Of a stretch of DNA of 64,000 nucleotides, positions 62,442 through 64,000 are shown one piece after another. The translations under genes and the position numbers were made by a program. The DNA comes from Eledone cirrhosa (taxonomy: Eukaryota), in assembly GCA_964016885.1 (NCBI GenBank), contig OZ024743.1:212350001-212414000 (forward strand). Direction: 5' to 3'. Below the pieces are notes generated by a model that worked only from the letters and a program-made list of their open reading frames with translations, made no database searches and had not been told where the DNA came from. How positions within the stretch are numbered: the first letter of the stretch is position 1; each line of letters begins with the position of its first letter.

Positions 62442-64000
62442 GTATGTATAGATCAATCAATCTAAATCTTGTCTGTTTTACACGTCCTTCTGTCCTATTC
62501 TTCAAACGCAATTCATTTCCTATACTTTATATTTATCTACAGCAGTATTTCAACGAATTACAGTCTAGATATTTTTTTAAATATCTATTTAGCAACGAAT
62601 TTGATCTGTGTGTTTTAAAGTATATTGTTGCGTTTTTTTTTTTTTTTTTGTTAAGTCATAATGATTTAAAGCAGCATATTCTATCGATAGGTAGATTTTT
62701 ATTATTTTATATATTAAACATTTTAAACTGCAGCAGGATTTTTTTTATTCAGAACGAAGAAAGACGAAATTAAATACAATTTTAATATCTTGTCTATCTG
62801 GCTCGATTTATAATATTTTTTATTGTATGTAAATAGTATCGAGGTATTATTTCGTTATATATCTACCTTCACTGATAACGTCACTCATTTTTTTAAATGA
62901 AAAAATAGTTTACAAATTACGAATTGGTCCAAATATCATAAATCTCTTGAATAACCACCAACTTAGCTGTTGTTTTTCACAGCAATTGAACTTATGAAAC
63001 TCTTTAATAAACCTTTTATATTAACTAACTGTTGCTGATACATATTGGCCAGTTTACTAGGATTTACGACTTTACTCTAATTAGCACTTTTATTTTTGTT
63101 CTAATTCTTTACATCTCATGCACATCCTGATCCGAATCAAATCATATCTATCTTAATACGTTTAGAAAAATATATTTTCCACTGTGACGTCATGTACAGC
63201 TCAACTGTAGATAATTAAAACAACACAACTTTGAATTTGTTATTTCGACTTGATCAAACTAGAAAACCTAGCATTTGACATTTGATTCGTTGGTAGGTTA
63301 TTATGTTGCTGAAACAAATATTTAACTTCTCCGTCTCACAAATTATTTGTGTCACTCTGGCAGCTTTAAAATATATGTTATAAAGCTAGAAGCCTGACCT
63401 GATTTCACACGTATAAACGCAATCACATCCAACATTTAATTCTTGAAAACATATCTCATTTTGATACACTTGTCCCTCTTTTAATTTGCAAATTCTCTTA
63501 TCGAACTGATTTGACCATTTTATATTTATTGAAAGACGTTGGTAATTCATGCCAATTATTTCACCTGTTACGTTGTCCTATTTAACTGACACTGGATCAA
63601 CCTAAGATTCAATCGATCATCATATAATTCAACAAGTGAAAATAAATAAAGACATTCAACAACTGCCATTTTGCTGGCTGTGTATATTTATGGAAACAAC
63701 AAGCGAGCCAGCAAAGTCGCTTGGCATGTTAAATATAACAACCTCATCTTCCTCAAATCACACTCTACCGTCTTTAAAAGGAAGGTCGACGCATTAAATA
63801 ATTATTTCTACTTTAGGCACAAGGCCAACAATTTGGAGGGGGGGGGGGGTCGATTAAATCCACCCCAGTGTGTTATTGATGGTTTATTTATCGACCCCAA
63901 ATAATATAGTCCAAGATAACTCTAAAAAGACTGGATGGCTATGACTCGAATATTTTTGATCATAGATCTACACGTTTATAACCAATATAAGGCTAAACAA

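Noticed and set aside
62442-62773. Remainder of the 137-aa ORF at 62360
   Set aside because: Read-through into the intron after the G|GTATGT donor; low-complexity T-rich translation.

Overview
AT-rich, microsatellite-rich, intron-containing eukaryotic DNA. The SINE and RTE repertoire suggests an octopod/coleoid cephalopod (inference). I reconstructed by hand a complete minus-strand STARD3/MLN64 gene (MENTAL + phospho-FFAT-like + START): 13 phase-consistent coding exons from 40486 to 5957 giving 445 aa, plus a candidate first exon near 61.8 kb. It lies head-to-head with the first coding exon of UBXN4 (62360, +). At the left edge are the apparent last three exons of an unidentified + strand gene, encoding a C-x3-C-x4-C-x3-C peptide followed by five dibasic sites, convergent with STARD3. 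The introns hold three RTE-clade LINE subfamilies (PHD finger after the RT, (GAT)n tails), tRNA-derived SINEs, Helitron, Tc1/pogo and piggyBac-type MITEs, a mariner relic, Penelope-like fragments and a ~4.5 kb 16-bp satellite that abuts a splice acceptor. Most notable: (i) minimal hammerhead-ribozyme motifs, including a ~320 bp fold-back with one on each strand; (ii) an inverted repeat pair bracketing three START exons (375 nt, in frame, stop-free if circularised); (iii) the candidate Cys-rich peptide precursor; (iv) a ~450 bp long inverted repeat carrying promoter-like motifs. Most listed ORFs are TE, antisense or repeat artefacts.
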